Shown here one piece after another: positions 60,527 through 64,000 of a stretch of 64,000 nucleotides of DNA. A model generated the notes under the pieces. That model saw only the letters and a program-made list of their open reading frames with translations. It was not told the DNA's origin and ran no database searches. The stretch lies in the NCBI RefSeq assembly GCF_006345805.1, contig NC_043013.1, positions 50,840,001 to 50,904,000 of the forward strand, given 5' to 3'. The position numbers were made by a program, and so were the translations under genes. This DNA is from Octopus sinensis (taxonomy: Eukaryota). Each line of letters starts with the position of its first letter. Within the stretch, counting starts at the first letter, position 1.

Positions 60527-60964
60527 CACACTCCCTTCATTGCAATTATTGTTATCCAGACCAGCTTGAGTGCATATACACATCTCACTACCATCCATAA
60601 GTCAATGGCTTTTATATCTCACCTGTCTTTTTATAACCATTCAGGTGTGCCTAGCCTTCCTCCTCAATTAATGTTGGTTAACGAAGTTGTTTCCTACTTA
60701 CCTCCTTTGCTCCTCCTTCACCTGTATTCAGTTTTTCTCTCTCACTTTAAAATCTCTCTCTCTCTCTCTCCTTCTACTTACCTGTCTGTTATGTAACATA
60801 TCTATTTCTCCATATCCATCTCTCTCTTCATCCTGCTGTCTCTTATTATCTATCCATCCTTCTGTATCTATCTGCCTATATCTTTCCAGCAGTCTCTCTT
60901 CCAATCTATCTACCTCTCTCTATCAGTTTACCTGTTTTTCTGCTTATGTATTTGTAAGTCTGTC

Positions 60965-61460
<496 letters not shown>

Positions 61461-61780
61461 GCCTGTCTACCTGTCTACCTGTCTGCCTGTCTGTCTCTTT
61501 GTCCATGTAATCATCACTGACTATTTGTGTGCCTCCTTGTCCATCTATTTTCACTGTCTGTCTGTCTCTGTCTAAATCTGTCTGCCTGTCTGTTTGTCTC
61601 CCTGTCTGTCTGCCCATGTATTTATCACTGTCAGTCTGTCACCCTGTCCAAACCTGCTTGTCTGCCTGTCTGTCTGCCTATCCAGCCATCTCTCTATCCC
61701 CCCATCCCTCAATGTATCTGTCTGTCAGTCTATTTACGTCTCGCTGTCTAGCTTTCTGCTTTTATAATATATATATACTA

Positions 61781-62158
61781 TTTTACTCTTTTACTTGTTT
61801 CAGTCATTTGACTGCGGCCATCCTGGAGCACCGCCTTTAATCGAGCAACTCGACCCCGGGACTTATTCTTTTTTTGTAAGCCCAGTACTTATTCTATCGG
61901 TCTCTTTTGCCGAACCGCTAAGTAACGGGGACATAAACACACCAGCATCGGTTGTCAAGCAATGCTAGGGGGACAAACACATATACATATATACGACAGG
62001 CTTCTTTCAGTTTCCGTCTACCAAATCCACTCACAAGGCATTGGTCGGCCCGGGGCTATAGTAGAAGACACTTGCCCAAGATGCCACGCAGTGGGACTGA
62101 ACCCGGAACCATGTGGTTGGTTAGCAAGCTACTTACCACACAGCCACTCCTGCGCCTA
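61781..62158 (-). mobile_element. SINE family A, full length
   Basis: Reverse complement of the family A consensus, CpG-rich (little decayed). Confidence 0.9.
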
Positions 62159-62514
62159 TGTATGTATTTATCTATCCATTGATGACAGTGTTTATACCTG
62201 TCTGTGTCTGTCTGTATATCTGCCCACCTGTCTCTCAAATTATGTCTGTTTGTCTGCCTTTCCGTCTATGACCCATCCTCCTACAACCCATCCCCTTTTT
62301 CATCTTCATGATTTTTTCATCTCGTTACATACATGCTCACATACACACATACACTGTGGCCTAACTACCTAACTACCTACCTACATACATATATAAATGC
62401 ATATGTACGCATGCACACACACAGAATCGTGCATGCATGTATCAATACATATGCATATACATACATTGAATAATATATACGTACACACCACACACACACT
62501 GATACATGTATATA

Positions 62515-62663
62515 TGTGGTTGTGTAGTAAGTACCTTGCTTATCAACCACATGGTTCCGAGTTCAGTCCCACTGCGTGGCACCTTGGACAAGTGTCTTCT
62601 ACTATAGCCTCGAGCCAATTGAAGCCTTCTGAGTGGTAGATGGAAACTGAAAGAAGCCTGACG

Positions 62664-62700
<37 letters not shown>

Positions 62701-62882
62701 CTCCATATAACTTGACAACCAATGCTGCTGTGTTTACGTTTTTGCAACTTAGCAGTTTGGCAAAAGAGACTGATAGAATAAGTACTAGGCTTACAAAGAA
62801 TAAGTCCTGGGGTCGATTTGTTCGACTGAGGGTGGTGCTCCAGCATGGCTGCAGTGAAATGACTGAAACAAGTAAAAGAATA
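62515..62882 (+). mobile_element. SINE family A
   Basis: A/B boxes and 3' GAAACAAGTAAAAG. Confidence 0.85.
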
Positions 62883-63701
62883 TAAGAATACACACACAAC
62901 GCTCATGCATATATATATATACACACACACATTTATATATCCATATATTCATTAATGCATACATAAATACACACATAGAAAGATGTATGCATACATACAT
63001 AGATAATGCATTCATACAAATGTATATAAATACACACACACATTGACGCATATGTGCATGAATACACTCACACATACAGACACTCACGTACACACATAGA
63101 TATATATACATACATACATACATATATAAATGCACACATACATAAATATGCAGGCACGTACACACACACTCTCTCTCACAAATACACGCAAACTTATACA
63201 TACATACACACACATACAAACACACTTACAAATACATATATACTTATACATACACACACACACATGTATGTATATATGATACATACACATATATGCACTC
63301 ACATACACACACATACACACACTCACAAATACATACATATATATATAAATTTATACATGTACATATACACACACAAGCAATCAGAAATATACATCCATAT
63401 AGACACACACTCACACAGACACACACACACATTCAGTCCCACTGTCACATACACACTTGCCAAAAATATGTAATACATGGATAATGTGCATGTTATACAT
63501 ACACACATAATACATACATGTATATATATATATATATATACACACACATACGCACATCCATATATATATGTAGACACACACACACACACACATACATACA
63601 GTCATTCACACACACACACACACTGATGCACACACAGTCAATCACACTTATACACACACACAGAGTCACTTACAGTCTCACATACACACAGCTGTGTATA
63701 T

Positions 63702-63733
<32 letters not shown>

Positions 63734-64000
63734 GACAAATACATACACACACACACATATACAGGCAGTCACTTACACACACGCATACACACACAGTCAC
63801 ACATTCTCGTATGCACATTAGCAAATACATACATAATGCATACATACATATATAAACATACACGTATAGCTAAGTATGCAGACACACACACACACACGTA
63901 CAGAAGCATACATACATAGAAACACACTTACACAGACACACACACACACACACACACAAGCATGCCTCCACACAGACGCTGTCTTTCCATTCATGCCATG

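Noticed and set aside
60710-60730. 20-nt minus micro-exon with GTAAGT donor
   Set aside because: Acceptor region is purine-rich low-complexity sequence without a polypyrimidine tract.

Overview
AT-rich, repeat-saturated eukaryotic genomic DNA (intergenic or deep intronic) with one 100-N assembly gap (51274-51373). The SINE/MITE complement looks like that of an octopod cephalopod; this is an inference from recognising the repeats, not from a search. Nearly all ORFs in the supplied track are translations of microsatellites or SINEs, and no intact host gene can be supported. Identifiable content: four abundant SINE-type families; 3' fragments of RTE and L1/Tx1-like LINEs; a decayed Helitron carrying a PIF1-type helicase pseudo-ORF with recognisable termini; Tc1/mariner-, hAT- and piggyBac-type MITEs with TIRs and TSDs; a Chapaev3-like transposase relic; foldback elements including a ~780-bp palindrome with perfect 105-bp inner arms; and a disrupted ORF made of 27-bp (9-aa) basic repeats. 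The most striking unexplained signal is a set of type I hammerhead-ribozyme-like motifs with palindromic helix III, the form known from Penelope-like retroelements and retrozymes. One is near-canonical (23308-23353) and sits in a highly structured ~450-bp element; six further variant or decayed motifs lie in unrelated sequence contexts. All structures were read by eye and need computational and biochemical confirmation.
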